Assembly (NCBI RefSeq): GCF_000009965.1
Contig: NC_006624.1
Span: forward strand, 1,500,001-1,532,000
Length of the DNA: 32,000 nucleotides
Reading direction: 5' to 3'
From: Thermococcus kodakarensis KOD1
GTDB taxonomy: Archaea > Methanobacteriota_B > Thermococci > Thermococcales > Thermococcaceae
Shown: positions 8,181 to 16,655 of the stretch, in pieces
How the letters are laid out: the number at the start of each line of letters is the position of its first letter
Position numbering within the stretch: position 1 is the stretch's first letter
Notes under the pieces: generated by a model
What the model was told of the DNA's origin: nothing
The model's database searches: none
Seen by the model: only the letters and a program-made list of their open reading frames with translations
Program-made: the position numbers and the translations under genes

Positions 8181-9061
8181 GGCCCAGGGTCTCGGTTGTC
8201 ATCCCAACTTACGGCAGGGATAGGCTCCTGAGAAGGGCCATAGAGAGCGTCCTAAACCAGACCTTCGACGATTTTGAGATCCTGATCATAGACGGTGCCC
8301 GGAGCGAATCAACGAAGGAGCTTGTGCGTTCCTACGGCGACGGAAGGCTCAGGTACATCCCCCAGCGTGGGAAGGGCATAGCGAACGCCCGCAACATCGG
8401 TGTCTTAAAGGCCCGTGGAGATTTCATTGCCTTCCTCGACGATGACGACAGATGGAGAAAGGACAAGCTAGAACTGCAGCTTGAGGCCTTCGGGGAGCTT
8501 CCCTCGAATTACGGGCTTGTCTATACCGCCTTCACGTATTACTACTTAGAACGGGACAAAGTTCTGGGGATAAAGCATCCGAAAGCGAGCGGAGACGTTT
8601 ATGGACATCTCCTAAAGGACAACATAACCGGAACATCCACGATAATGGTTAAACGGGAATGCTTCAAGAAGGCGGGCCTATTCAGGGAGGACTTCGTGAC
8701 CTGCGAGGACTGGGACATGTGGCTGAGGATGGCCAAGGTTTGCCGCTTTGGGGCGATAGATGAGCCCCTGGTTGACTACTCCATCCACTCCGGCCAGTTC
8801 TCATTTTCCAAGTATCTCTCGGGGCGGTACAGGATGATCGATGCCCACGGAGATATAAGACATGATCCCAGGATTCTGAGCTACCATCTTCTCCAAATTG
8901 GGGTTTTGAAACTCTTCAGTGGGGATAGGAGCGGTGCGAGGGAAGTACTGGAGGCGTTCAGGTTGAACCCAGTGATGCGTGGCAACATTCGGGATATCTT
9001 ATCCTCATTCCTGGATGTGAGAACCAGGATATACATCCTCAAGTTTTTGGGGAGGCTTTAG
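8177..9061 (+). CDS. GT2-family glycosyltransferase
   Basis: RVSVVIPTYGRDRLLRRAIESVLNQTFDDFEILIIDG and NARNIGVLKARGDFIAFLDDDDRW. The only in-frame start is TTG at 8177, which overlaps the upstream TGA (TTGA). Confidence 0.85.
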   Translation: MRPRVSVVIPTYGRDRLLRRAIESVLNQTFDDFEILIIDGARSESTKELVRSYGDGRLRYIPQRGKGIANARNIGVLKARGDFIAFLDDDDRWRKDKLELQLEAFGELPSNYGLVYTAFTYYYLERDKVLGIKHPKASGDVYGHLLKDNITGTSTIMVKRECFKKAGLFREDFVTCEDWDMWLRMAKVCRFGAIDEPLVDYSIHSGQFSFSKYLSGRYRMIDAHGDIRHDPRILSYHLLQIGVLKLFSGDRSGAREVLEAFRLNPVMRGNIRDILSSFLDVRTRIYILKFLGRL

Positions 9062-9094
9062 CGAGGAAATTTTAAATTTGAAAAAGAACAAAAA
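9062..9094. terminator. Short A/T-rich convergent intergenic spacer, a probable bidirectional oligo-T terminator
   Basis: 33 nt lie between the convergent stops. There are T4/T3 runs on the plus strand (9070-9079) and two T5 runs on the minus strand (A5 at 9081-9085 and 9090-9094). Archaeal termination uses oligo-T tracts. Confidence 0.4.
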
Positions 9095-11395
9095 TCAGTC
9101 TCTTCTAAACACACCCCTGTCCAAGATTTTCTCGCCCTCGGCATAGGCGTACCTTATCACCGTTCCGTTGACCTCCGCCGGCAGCTCAAACTCTTTCAGC
9201 CCTTCGACGTTGTACCACTTCTCAAAGACCTTCGTGCCGTTGTCGAGGAAGCCCCAGATTCCGAGTCTCGTCCCGGTTGCGTTCTCGAACTGAAGGAGTG
9301 TCTCGCCACCCCTTCTCTCAACGACAACGTTCGGGTGCTTAAGCCTCAGGATTTTTATGATCCCTCCATCAGAGTAAACCAGCTCATAGGGCCCATCTGG
9401 CTTTATGAAGAGCCTCGCCAGGTTAGTGTTGAAGGCCTCCCCGTTCATGAGGATCGCGTAGTTGTAGTTGAGGTTGATGTAAAGGTAAGCCCCAGATTCG
9501 GACGGCGTTATGTTCGGTTTTATAATCTTATCTCCGTACTCGACGTAGACCTCCCGCGGTCCAAAGACATGGCCGCTGACGCTTATCTTCACGTCCCATT
9601 TTTCGCCAGGTCTTGCAACGACCGTGTAGCCCGAGTTCCTGAACACCAGCGCCCCCGCTGAAGAAACCATGGGCAGGACAACGAGGCCGTAGTTTTCACT
9701 CACGTTGCACCTCGAGCACATCATCGCGGTGTCGACTATCGTTCCAAACTTCAGAAAGTCGTAATAGGAGACGATAACGTAGTCGACGCCAAGGCCCATC
9801 GCCCAGTTCTCATCGCGCTTGCCGAGGTAATACAGGGCCACACCTGTATTGGGGGCTAGCTCAGCGACTGGTGCGCGTCTGGCATAATAGGTAACCCACG
9901 TTCCGTAGTCCCACCAGGCAAGAACGATATCGTTTTCGTTCGAGTTCTCGCCGAGCCACGTTAACGCCCTCTCCCAGTGCTCGTTCATAAACGGCTCCAC
10001 TGCCGCGACCTTCTCGAAACCGATTGCAGTGTCAACGGCGGGGACGAAGAGGAGAAGCCCAAGTGCAACGGCGAGTCCTTTTCTCCCCTCAAAGCGCGGC
10101 AGAATTTCATAAAGCTCCAACAACCCGATTCCTGCCATTAAGGCAACTCCCATAGAACCTATGAATAGAAACCTCGTCCAGGTCTTGATCATGTAGAGGC
10201 TGGGAAGGACAAGCCCGAGGAGCATGAAGTCCTGAACTCTGACTTTCCCGGGCCTGAACCGGAGGAAAAAGAGGGGGGCGAGGAAAAGACCAACGGCAAA
10301 CGCGCTCCAGAGGTCGTGGAAGGTCGACGGGCGGGTCTCGGATATTGGCCATTCATTGAATATTCCAAAGCCAGTTGAGAGGTCTTTCAGCCCTTCAAAC
10401 CTCGCGAAGAGGAGGTAAACGGCGAGAGCACCGAACACCAGGACTGTCAGGGTCCTCAGCCTTTTGTCCCTGATGAACTTCGAGAGCGCGAGGAGGGCCA
10501 GGAGTCCAGCCAGGGCGAGGGGGACCAGGTACTTAAGATGGAAGAGCAGGTAGGCGTCCCTTACCGTGGTGAGTTCCAGGGACAGCTTTTCGGCGACCGT
10601 TTTACTCAACCACCTGTCGTACCCGAGCATGCCATAGCCAACCCTGGCCCCAAGGTAGTTCGCAATAAGGGCGCCAATCGCCGTGGAGACTGTTAGGAGT
10701 ATCCCGTCGAGGATGTACCTGTCCCTACCGAGGAGAAAATCCCCGACTCCCAGAAAGACCGCGCTGGCCAGGAGAAACACGAAAATCGGGTAGTAAGCCT
10801 GCCAGAAAGCCGCCGCAAGGCCGCTTGCGAGGGCTGGCACAGCGTAGAAGGCAAGGCTTTTATGTCCAAGTCTTTCCCTCGTTGAAAACGCGTAGGCGAT
10901 TCCGAGAAGCGAAATAGAATACCAGAAGAGCATGTAGTTATCGCCGCGGTAGTAGCCGGCCATTGAGCGAAAGACGTGGCCGAAGCTAACCGCTAGAAAG
11001 AGCGAAGCAAAAAAGGCCCGCTTTTCATCGTAGAGTTTCAGCAGGGCCCAATAGAACACGGCTATCGTCAAGATCCCAAAGATGACGGGCGTTATCCTAA
11101 AAGCATTGTAGAGGGAAAGGCCAAAGATCTTCAGGAGTTTGTAAACATAAGCGGGCGTTGCCCACAGGCCGAGGGGGTGAAATGTCCTCATCTGAAAGCC
11201 CCAAGGTCCGTTTGCGATTGTGAAAAAATTGAGCCACTTGCCCGCTTTTAGGGCCTCCTCTATGTAAGCGAGGTGGAAATAAGGGTCGTAGCCTAAGAGA
11301 TATCTGAACCTTATGGGGATTAACCTGAGAATCAAGGCAACGGCCGTTATCATGGGGAGTGCGATTTTTGGCCTGAAGATTTTATTGAAATCCAT
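9095..11395 (-). CDS. aglB: Archaeal oligosaccharyltransferase AglB (STT3 family), short-type 766 aa
   Basis: WWDYG catalytic motif at aa 494-498 (nt 9902-9916, reverse complement tggtgggactacgga). DK motif DFLKFGTI (DxxKxxxI) about 50 aa downstream. N-terminal loop GYDPYFH (acidic motif) and WPISET (TIXE/SVSE-like). The N-terminal roughly 460 aa is multi-TM. Confidence 0.9.
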   Translation of the reverse strand: MDFNKIFRPKIALPMITAVALILRLIPIRFRYLLGYDPYFHLAYIEEALKAGKWLNFFTIANGPWGFQMRTFHPLGLWATPAYVYKLLKIFGLSLYNAFRITPVIFGILTIAVFYWALLKLYDEKRAFFASLFLAVSFGHVFRSMAGYYRGDNYMLFWYSISLLGIAYAFSTRERLGHKSLAFYAVPALASGLAAAFWQAYYPIFVFLLASAVFLGVGDFLLGRDRYILDGILLTVSTAIGALIANYLGARVGYGMLGYDRWLSKTVAEKLSLELTTVRDAYLLFHLKYLVPLALAGLLALLALSKFIRDKRLRTLTVLVFGALAVYLLFARFEGLKDLSTGFGIFNEWPISETRPSTFHDLWSAFAVGLFLAPLFFLRFRPGKVRVQDFMLLGLVLPSLYMIKTWTRFLFIGSMGVALMAGIGLLELYEILPRFEGRKGLAVALGLLLFVPAVDTAIGFEKVAAVEPFMNEHWERALTWLGENSNENDIVLAWWDYGTWVTYYARRAPVAELAPNTGVALYYLGKRDENWAMGLGVDYVIVSYYDFLKFGTIVDTAMMCSRCNVSENYGLVVLPMVSSAGALVFRNSGYTVVARPGEKWDVKISVSGHVFGPREVYVEYGDKIIKPNITPSESGAYLYINLNYNYAILMNGEAFNTNLARLFIKPDGPYELVYSDGGIIKILRLKHPNVVVERRGGETLLQFENATGTRLGIWGFLDNGTKVFEKWYNVEGLKEFELPAEVNGTVIRYAYAEGEKILDRGVFRRD

Positions 11396-11547
11396 TGTTT
11401 CTTACCTCCCGTTGTATCAACTCGTTATCATGTTTAAACCTTTTTCCATCACATTCCCACCGAGCGCATAGACTTAACTACTATGGATTCGGACGCTACA
11501 AGATAAGGTAAGCAGTATGCATTTAAGCTAATAACATAGTAGTAATA

Positions 11548-11555
11548 TTTATAAA
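11548..11555 (+). promoter_or_regulatory. Candidate archaeal TATA box for the 11593-21411 operon
   Basis: TTTATAAA sits in the divergent aglB/flippase intergenic region, about 40 nt upstream of ATG 11593, with GGTGAG between the two. Motif only; there is no transcript evidence. Confidence 0.3.
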
Positions 11556-11592
11556 AACTCTCGCTCCACAGTGGCACGGTGAGATTAATAGC

Positions 11593-12882
11593 ATGGCCAG
11601 CAGGCCCGTTCAAATCTTTCACATCTGGAAACAAGACTTCTATCGGGACGCCCTTATCATGATGGTCGCGGTCACACTCTCCAACTTCTTTAATTACCTC
11701 TACCAGCTCCTAATGGGAAGAATGCTCTCCCCCCAGGAATACGGTGAACTTTTCAGCCTGTTGTCCCTGTTCTACATATTCTCCGTGTTTTCAACAACCA
11801 TAAACACTTCCATAACCAAATTTACGGCAGTTTACTGGGCAAGAGAGGAATACGGAAAGATAAAATCGATCATAATTAAGGGGACGAAAGTCCTGGGACT
11901 CTTCGGTGTCCTGTTGTTCGGGTTGATAGCCCTAATCTCCCCCATGTTTTCCAGTTTTCTCCAGATTGAGGACAACACACTTTTGCTGGTTTTGTTTGCA
12001 TCGCTTCCCCTCTCAATGGTTCTCCCCATATACCAGGGAGCCTTAAGGGGTATGCAGAGGTTCTCGGCGTTGGGGCTGAGCACGTCTTCCTGGGCGTTCC
12101 TTAAGGTGCTCTTCGGTGTTTCCCTGGTTGCACTCGGCTACGGAGTTTTTGGAGGTCTACTAGGGATATTTTTGGCACACGTGGGGGCGTTTTTCTTAAC
12201 ACTAATGTTTCTAAAGGATCTGTTCCAGTATAGGGAAACAGGGGACCTTGAAATTCGAGACATCCTCTCATACAGCGGTCTCGCGTTTCTCGCAGTTCTT
12301 GCGTACACAACAATGTGGAATATCGACGTTATTTTGGTCAAGCACTACTTGTCCCCCTTGGAGGCGGGGCAGTATTCCGCCATCTCTGCGCTGGGAAAGA
12401 TTGTCCTTTTTGCACCCGGAGCGATTGGAATGGTCATATTCCCCAAGGCCGCCGAAAAGCACGAGAAGGGAGAGGAACACTTCCAAGTGCTGCTGAGGGG
12501 AATGGGCCTGACACTCCTGATTTCAGGGGGAATAGTTTTGGCCTACGCCCTGTTTCCGGAGTTCATTATCAAAATCATTTATGGGGCAAAATATCTCAAT
12601 GTCGCCCCGTATCTGTGGAGATACGGGCTGGCGATGATGTTCTTTTCGTTGGCGAGCGTAATGATTAATTATTCCCTGTCAATAGACAAGACAGATATTT
12701 TTCTTTACCTACTTGGACTGCTGACAACTGAGATAGTTATGCTATCCATTGGAAGTAAGAACATTTCTACGATTATAGACATGCTAATCGGCGTAAGTGC
12801 CTCAATACCCATTGTACTGTTTATATCTATTTGGAGGCAAAATAATGCCCAAGATATCAATACTGATGCCCGCTTACAATGA
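11593..12882 (+). CDS. Second MOP-superfamily flippase (Wzx-like polysaccharide biosynthesis protein)
   Basis: 429 aa multi-TM protein. The N-terminal pattern ALIMMVAVTLSNFFNYLYQLLMGRMLSPQEYGELF parallels the flippase at 2593. Confidence 0.75.
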   Translation: MASRPVQIFHIWKQDFYRDALIMMVAVTLSNFFNYLYQLLMGRMLSPQEYGELFSLLSLFYIFSVFSTTINTSITKFTAVYWAREEYGKIKSIIIKGTKVLGLFGVLLFGLIALISPMFSSFLQIEDNTLLLVLFASLPLSMVLPIYQGALRGMQRFSALGLSTSSWAFLKVLFGVSLVALGYGVFGGLLGIFLAHVGAFFLTLMFLKDLFQYRETGDLEIRDILSYSGLAFLAVLAYTTMWNIDVILVKHYLSPLEAGQYSAISALGKIVLFAPGAIGMVIFPKAAEKHEKGEEHFQVLLRGMGLTLLISGGIVLAYALFPEFIIKIIYGAKYLNVAPYLWRYGLAMMFFSLASVMINYSLSIDKTDIFLYLLGLLTTEIVMLSIGSKNISTIIDMLIGVSASIPIVLFISIWRQNNAQDINTDARLQ

Positions 12883-13570
12883 GGGGGAAAACCTTAGAAA
12901 GGCAGTTATAGAAACCATGAAAGAGTTAAAAGGGCTAGACTACGAGATAATCATAATCAACGATGGATCCAGGGACAATACCCCCGAAGTCGCAAGGGAA
13001 CTCTGCGAGTCATTTAGGAACGTCCAACTAGTGAGCTATTCAAAGAACCGGGGAAAAGGGTACGCTCTAAAAAAGGGCTTCGAAAAGAGCAACGGTGAGA
13101 TAATCGTGTTCTTCGATGCAGATTTGGATATTCCTCCTTCCCAAATAAAGAGGTTCATAAAGTTTCTTCAAAATGGATACGACGTTGTTATAGGTTCAAA
13201 ATACCTTCCGGGAGCTAGGGTGAGGTACTCCGAGAAAAGAAGGCTATTCAGCATCTGGTACAGAACGCTCGTTAAATTACTGCTTAAGCTTGACGTCAGC
13301 GATACTCAGGTCGGACTCAAGGTGTTTAAGAGAGAAGTCCTGGAAAAGGCATTTTCCAAAGTCTTAGTCAAGAAGTACGCCTTTGATGTTGAACTTTTAA
13401 CCGTGATAAATATGTATGGATACAAGATTTATGAACTGCCGATTAAGATTGAACATAAGAGTTTTAACTCCTCCATAAACTATAGGGCAATAGCAAGAAT
13501 GTTTTTGGACACTGCAGCAATAGTTTACAGAAAAAACATCTTGCATTACTACAATGGTGATAAAAGATGA
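12845..13570 (+). CDS. GT2 glycosyltransferase, DPM1/GtrB-like (candidate dolichyl-phosphate hexose synthase), soluble type
   Basis: MPKISILMPAYNEGENL...IIIINDGSRDNT...NRGKGYALKKGFEKSNGEIIVFFDADLD...VVIGSK. ATG 12845 lies 7 nt after GGAGG. The track start at GTG 12797 would add 16 codons inside the flippase. Confidence 0.85.
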   Translation: MPKISILMPAYNEGENLRKAVIETMKELKGLDYEIIIINDGSRDNTPEVARELCESFRNVQLVSYSKNRGKGYALKKGFEKSNGEIIVFFDADLDIPPSQIKRFIKFLQNGYDVVIGSKYLPGARVRYSEKRRLFSIWYRTLVKLLLKLDVSDTQVGLKVFKREVLEKAFSKVLVKKYAFDVELLTVINMYGYKIYELPIKIEHKSFNSSINYRAIARMFLDTAAIVYRKNILHYYNGDKR

Positions 13571-14646
13571 GGATACTATGGCTCAACTGGAAGGATATAA
13601 GACACCCCGAAGCAGGGGGAGCTGAGGTTTATACTCATGAGATTGCAAAAAGATTAGTTGAAAAAGGATATGAAGTTACCCTCTTCACTTCGTATTTTAA
13701 TGGAGCTGAAAAGGAGGACGAAATTGATGGTGTCAAAATAGTCAGAAGCGGAAAAATAGTTGGTCTCTTTGATACGGTGTATTCCCACGCAAAGAGGTTC
13801 TACAGGGATAACAAAAACGATTTTGATGTAGTAATAGATGAGATAAACACCCGGCCATTTCTAACTCCAAAATACGTTGATAAGCCAATAATAGCGCTGA
13901 TACACCAATTGGCAGTTGAGTTTTGGGATTATAAGACACCGTTTCCGATCAATACCCTTGGGAAACACATCCTAGAACCCTACTGGTTAAAGCATTACGT
14001 CAATGTTAAAACAATAACTGTCTCCGAATCCACGAGGAACGACCTAGAAAAGCTCGGATTTAAAGATATTGAGATAGTTTACAATGGATTGGATAGAAAT
14101 ATTTTAGAGAAGGTCCCCGAAAAGGAAGACGAGTTTACCGCTTTATTCGTTGGCAGGTTGACCCCAACTAAAAAGCCCGAAGACGCCGTGATAGCCTTTA
14201 AAATGCTCAATAAGGGAAAAATGTGGATTGTTGGCAGAGGCGAACTTATGGAAAAGCTTAAAAAAAGGCATAATAATGGAAACATCGAATTTAGGGGGTT
14301 CATCCCTGAGAAAGAAAAAATTGAACTCATGAAAAAAGCCCACGTATTGTTGGTTCCAGGAATAAGAGAGGGCTGGGGGAGGGTCGTGATCGAGGCCAAT
14401 GCCCTGGGAACCCCAGCAATCGGTTATAACGTTCCTGGACTCAGGGACTCAATAAAGCATAGATACAACGGCTTACTGTGTGATCCAAACCCCAAGGCAA
14501 TGAGCGAGGCCCTTAGAGTATTGCACGAAGATGAAGAACTCAAAAGGAGATTAAGTGAAAACGCTTTAAAGTGGGCCAAAAGGTTCAGCTGGGATGAGAG
14601 TGCGGAGAAGTTTGAGAGGGTATTAAACTCCTCAGTCGGTGAGTGA
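13567..14646 (+). CDS. GT4-family glycosyltransferase
   Basis: EX7E motif PGIREGWGRVVIEANALGTP and N-terminal EAGGAEVY. ATGA overlap with the upstream gene. Confidence 0.85.
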   Translation: MRILWLNWKDIRHPEAGGAEVYTHEIAKRLVEKGYEVTLFTSYFNGAEKEDEIDGVKIVRSGKIVGLFDTVYSHAKRFYRDNKNDFDVVIDEINTRPFLTPKYVDKPIIALIHQLAVEFWDYKTPFPINTLGKHILEPYWLKHYVNVKTITVSESTRNDLEKLGFKDIEIVYNGLDRNILEKVPEKEDEFTALFVGRLTPTKKPEDAVIAFKMLNKGKMWIVGRGELMEKLKKRHNNGNIEFRGFIPEKEKIELMKKAHVLLVPGIREGWGRVVIEANALGTPAIGYNVPGLRDSIKHRYNGLLCDPNPKAMSEALRVLHEDEELKRRLSENALKWAKRFSWDESAEKFERVLNSSVGE

Positions 14647-14647
14647 G

Positions 14648-15466
14648 ATGGAGAATAAAGAGATGCCGCTGGTCTCTGTGATTATTCCCACGTACAACTC
14701 AGAAAAAACTATTGGAAAGTGCTTAGAATCAATCAAAAACCAGACCTACAAAAACATAGAGGTTATCGTCGTTGACAATTTTTCCCAAGATAAAACGGTT
14801 GAGATATGTAAAAAATACAATGCAAAAGTTATCCAAATCAAGAGCGAGAGGACAAAAGCGAAGAATATCGGGTTAAAAAAGGCAAATGGGAAATACGTCC
14901 TTTTTATTGATTCTGACATGGGATTAACTCCAAAGGTTATAGAGGAGTGTGTTATATTAATTGAATCAGATCCCAAAATCGGGGGGATAATAATCCCAGA
15001 GCGCTCTGTCGGTAATAGTTATTGGGTGAAGGTTAGAGATTTCGAGAGAAGTTTCTATACTGGAACTGAAATAGAATCCGCACGATTTTTCAGAAGGGAT
15101 TTAGCTCTACAAGTAGGGGGATTTGATGAAGACGTTGTATTTTTTGAGGAGTCTACACTCCCTCAGAAGATTGAGAAACTTGGATTCAATGTCAAAGCCA
15201 GAATAGAATCTCATATTATTCACCATGAAGAAAACTTTTCACTAATAAAATGGCTCAAAAAGAAGTATTATTATGGACAGACAGCCAGAAGATATAAATC
15301 GAAATATAGGGAGTATGGAAACAAGCAGATAAGCTTGTTTTACAGGTTTGGGTTGTTTTTTAAAAGGAAGAGATTTTGGAGCAAACCTCATTTGGCTGCC
15401 GGAGTAATTGTTTTAAAGGGATTGGAGTATTTAGCCGCAAGTGTTGGATATTTAAAGTCATCTTAA
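14648..15466 (+). CDS. GT2-family glycosyltransferase
   Basis: PLVSVIIPTYNSEKTIGKCLESIKNQTYKNIEVIVVDNFSQD and KNIGLKKANGKYVLFIDSDM. ATG 14648 sits 1 nt after the upstream stop and is preceded by GGTGAG. The track start is GTG 14639. Confidence 0.85.
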   Translation: MENKEMPLVSVIIPTYNSEKTIGKCLESIKNQTYKNIEVIVVDNFSQDKTVEICKKYNAKVIQIKSERTKAKNIGLKKANGKYVLFIDSDMGLTPKVIEECVILIESDPKIGGIIIPERSVGNSYWVKVRDFERSFYTGTEIESARFFRRDLALQVGGFDEDVVFFEESTLPQKIEKLGFNVKARIESHIIHHEENFSLIKWLKKKYYYGQTARRYKSKYREYGNKQISLFYRFGLFFKRKRFWSKPHLAAGVIVLKGLEYLAASVGYLKSS

Positions 15467-15486
15467 ACTTACGAAGGTGGAGAAAA

Positions 15487-16653
15487 ATGAGGATCCCTCA
15501 GAGAGCCTTGTTCATAGCAAATGGCATTGGGGCTGAAAATGGAAAACCAGGAATAAGTGGTGGAGACATAAGATGGATAGAAATTGCTAAAAAATGGCAA
15601 GAGATGGGAATTGAAATCCATGTATTGACTCAAGACGCCGGAATAGAACTTTGCAAAAGAGTAGGGCTAACAGCTGAGTTCCACAGGATGAAAATGCCAA
15701 GCGAATATTCAATAAGGGGGTATCTTTTAAGGGCCCTTAATTCTTTCAGGATCCCCCAAGAACTCATGAGATTTGAGGGAATAATCTATGCTTCCACAGA
15801 GCATTGGTATGATGTTATTCCTGGAGCATTAATTAAAAGGAAAAATCCTCAGAACAGATTCGCAATAGTAGCTCATTGGGTTGCACCACTAATAAGGAAA
15901 GGAACTTCGGCTATAAATAGCATCCTTTTTTATATTAACCAACGCGTGGGATATTTTGTTGGTAAGAGATACTCAGATGTTTTTTTAGCAGTATCCAAAC
16001 CAACTGGAAATGATTTAAAAAGAATAGGGATACCTGAGTCCAAAATAAGGGTAGTTGAAGCAGGTGTAGATTATGAGAGAATAAGACAAATTTCATCCAA
16101 AATAAAAGAGAAACAATTCGATGGAGTATTTATGAAAAGATTTGACGGTACTAAAGGCGTCTTCGATGTAGTGGAAATATGGGAACATGTAGTCTCAGAG
16201 ATTCCAGATGCAAAACTGATTTTGATCGGTCACGGAACCAAAACAAATGTGAATAAATTAGAAAGAATGATTAAGGATAAGAAGCTCGAAGAAAACGTAA
16301 AAATTCTGGGTCCAATATATGATTTCGAAGAGAAATTTAAGACACTGGCAAAAAGCAAAGTGTTTCTCTTACCTAGCTATGAAGAGAATTGGGCAATAGT
16401 AATCGGAGAGGCAATGGCCGCAGGATTACCTGTAGTATGTTACGATCTACCCGAAATACGACCAATTTGGAAGGACAACGTTATCTGGATTCCAAGAGGA
16501 AATAAAAAAGAATTCGCTAAGAAAGTTGTTGAATTGCTTGAGAATGAGAATGTTGGAAAAAGAGTAGGAGAAAATGGAGCCAGATTTGTTAAGAGATATG
16601 ATTGGAGAAAAATAGCTGGAAAAGAGCTGATGATAATCCAAAGGGGGGTCTGA
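15487..16653 (+). CDS. GT4-family glycosyltransferase
   Basis: EX7E motif PSYEENWAIVIGEAMAAGLP. ATG 15487 is preceded by GGTGGAG. The track start at TTG 15376 overlaps the upstream gene by 91 nt and encodes junk-like sequence. Confidence 0.8.
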   Translation: MRIPQRALFIANGIGAENGKPGISGGDIRWIEIAKKWQEMGIEIHVLTQDAGIELCKRVGLTAEFHRMKMPSEYSIRGYLLRALNSFRIPQELMRFEGIIYASTEHWYDVIPGALIKRKNPQNRFAIVAHWVAPLIRKGTSAINSILFYINQRVGYFVGKRYSDVFLAVSKPTGNDLKRIGIPESKIRVVEAGVDYERIRQISSKIKEKQFDGVFMKRFDGTKGVFDVVEIWEHVVSEIPDAKLILIGHGTKTNVNKLERMIKDKKLEENVKILGPIYDFEEKFKTLAKSKVFLLPSYEENWAIVIGEAMAAGLPVVCYDLPEIRPIWKDNVIWIPRGNKKEFAKKVVELLENENVGKRVGENGARFVKRYDWRKIAGKELMIIQRGV

Positions 16654-16655
16654 TT

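Noticed and set aside
9335-9661. 108-aa plus-strand ORF
   Set aside because: It lies inside, and antisense to, the aglB coding region. This is typical of GC-rich antisense frames.
12101-12668. Cluster of 67-117 aa ORFs on both strands
   Set aside because: All are nested within the second flippase gene. Their translations are Arg/Pro/Gly-rich frame artefacts.
12797-12844. GTG-initiated N-terminal extension of the DPM1-like GT2, and likewise TTG 15376-15486 for the GT4
   Set aside because: The extensions overlap upstream genes and encode junk-like sequence. Canonical ATGs preceded by GGAGG or GGTGGAG occur exactly where the conserved GT N-termini begin.
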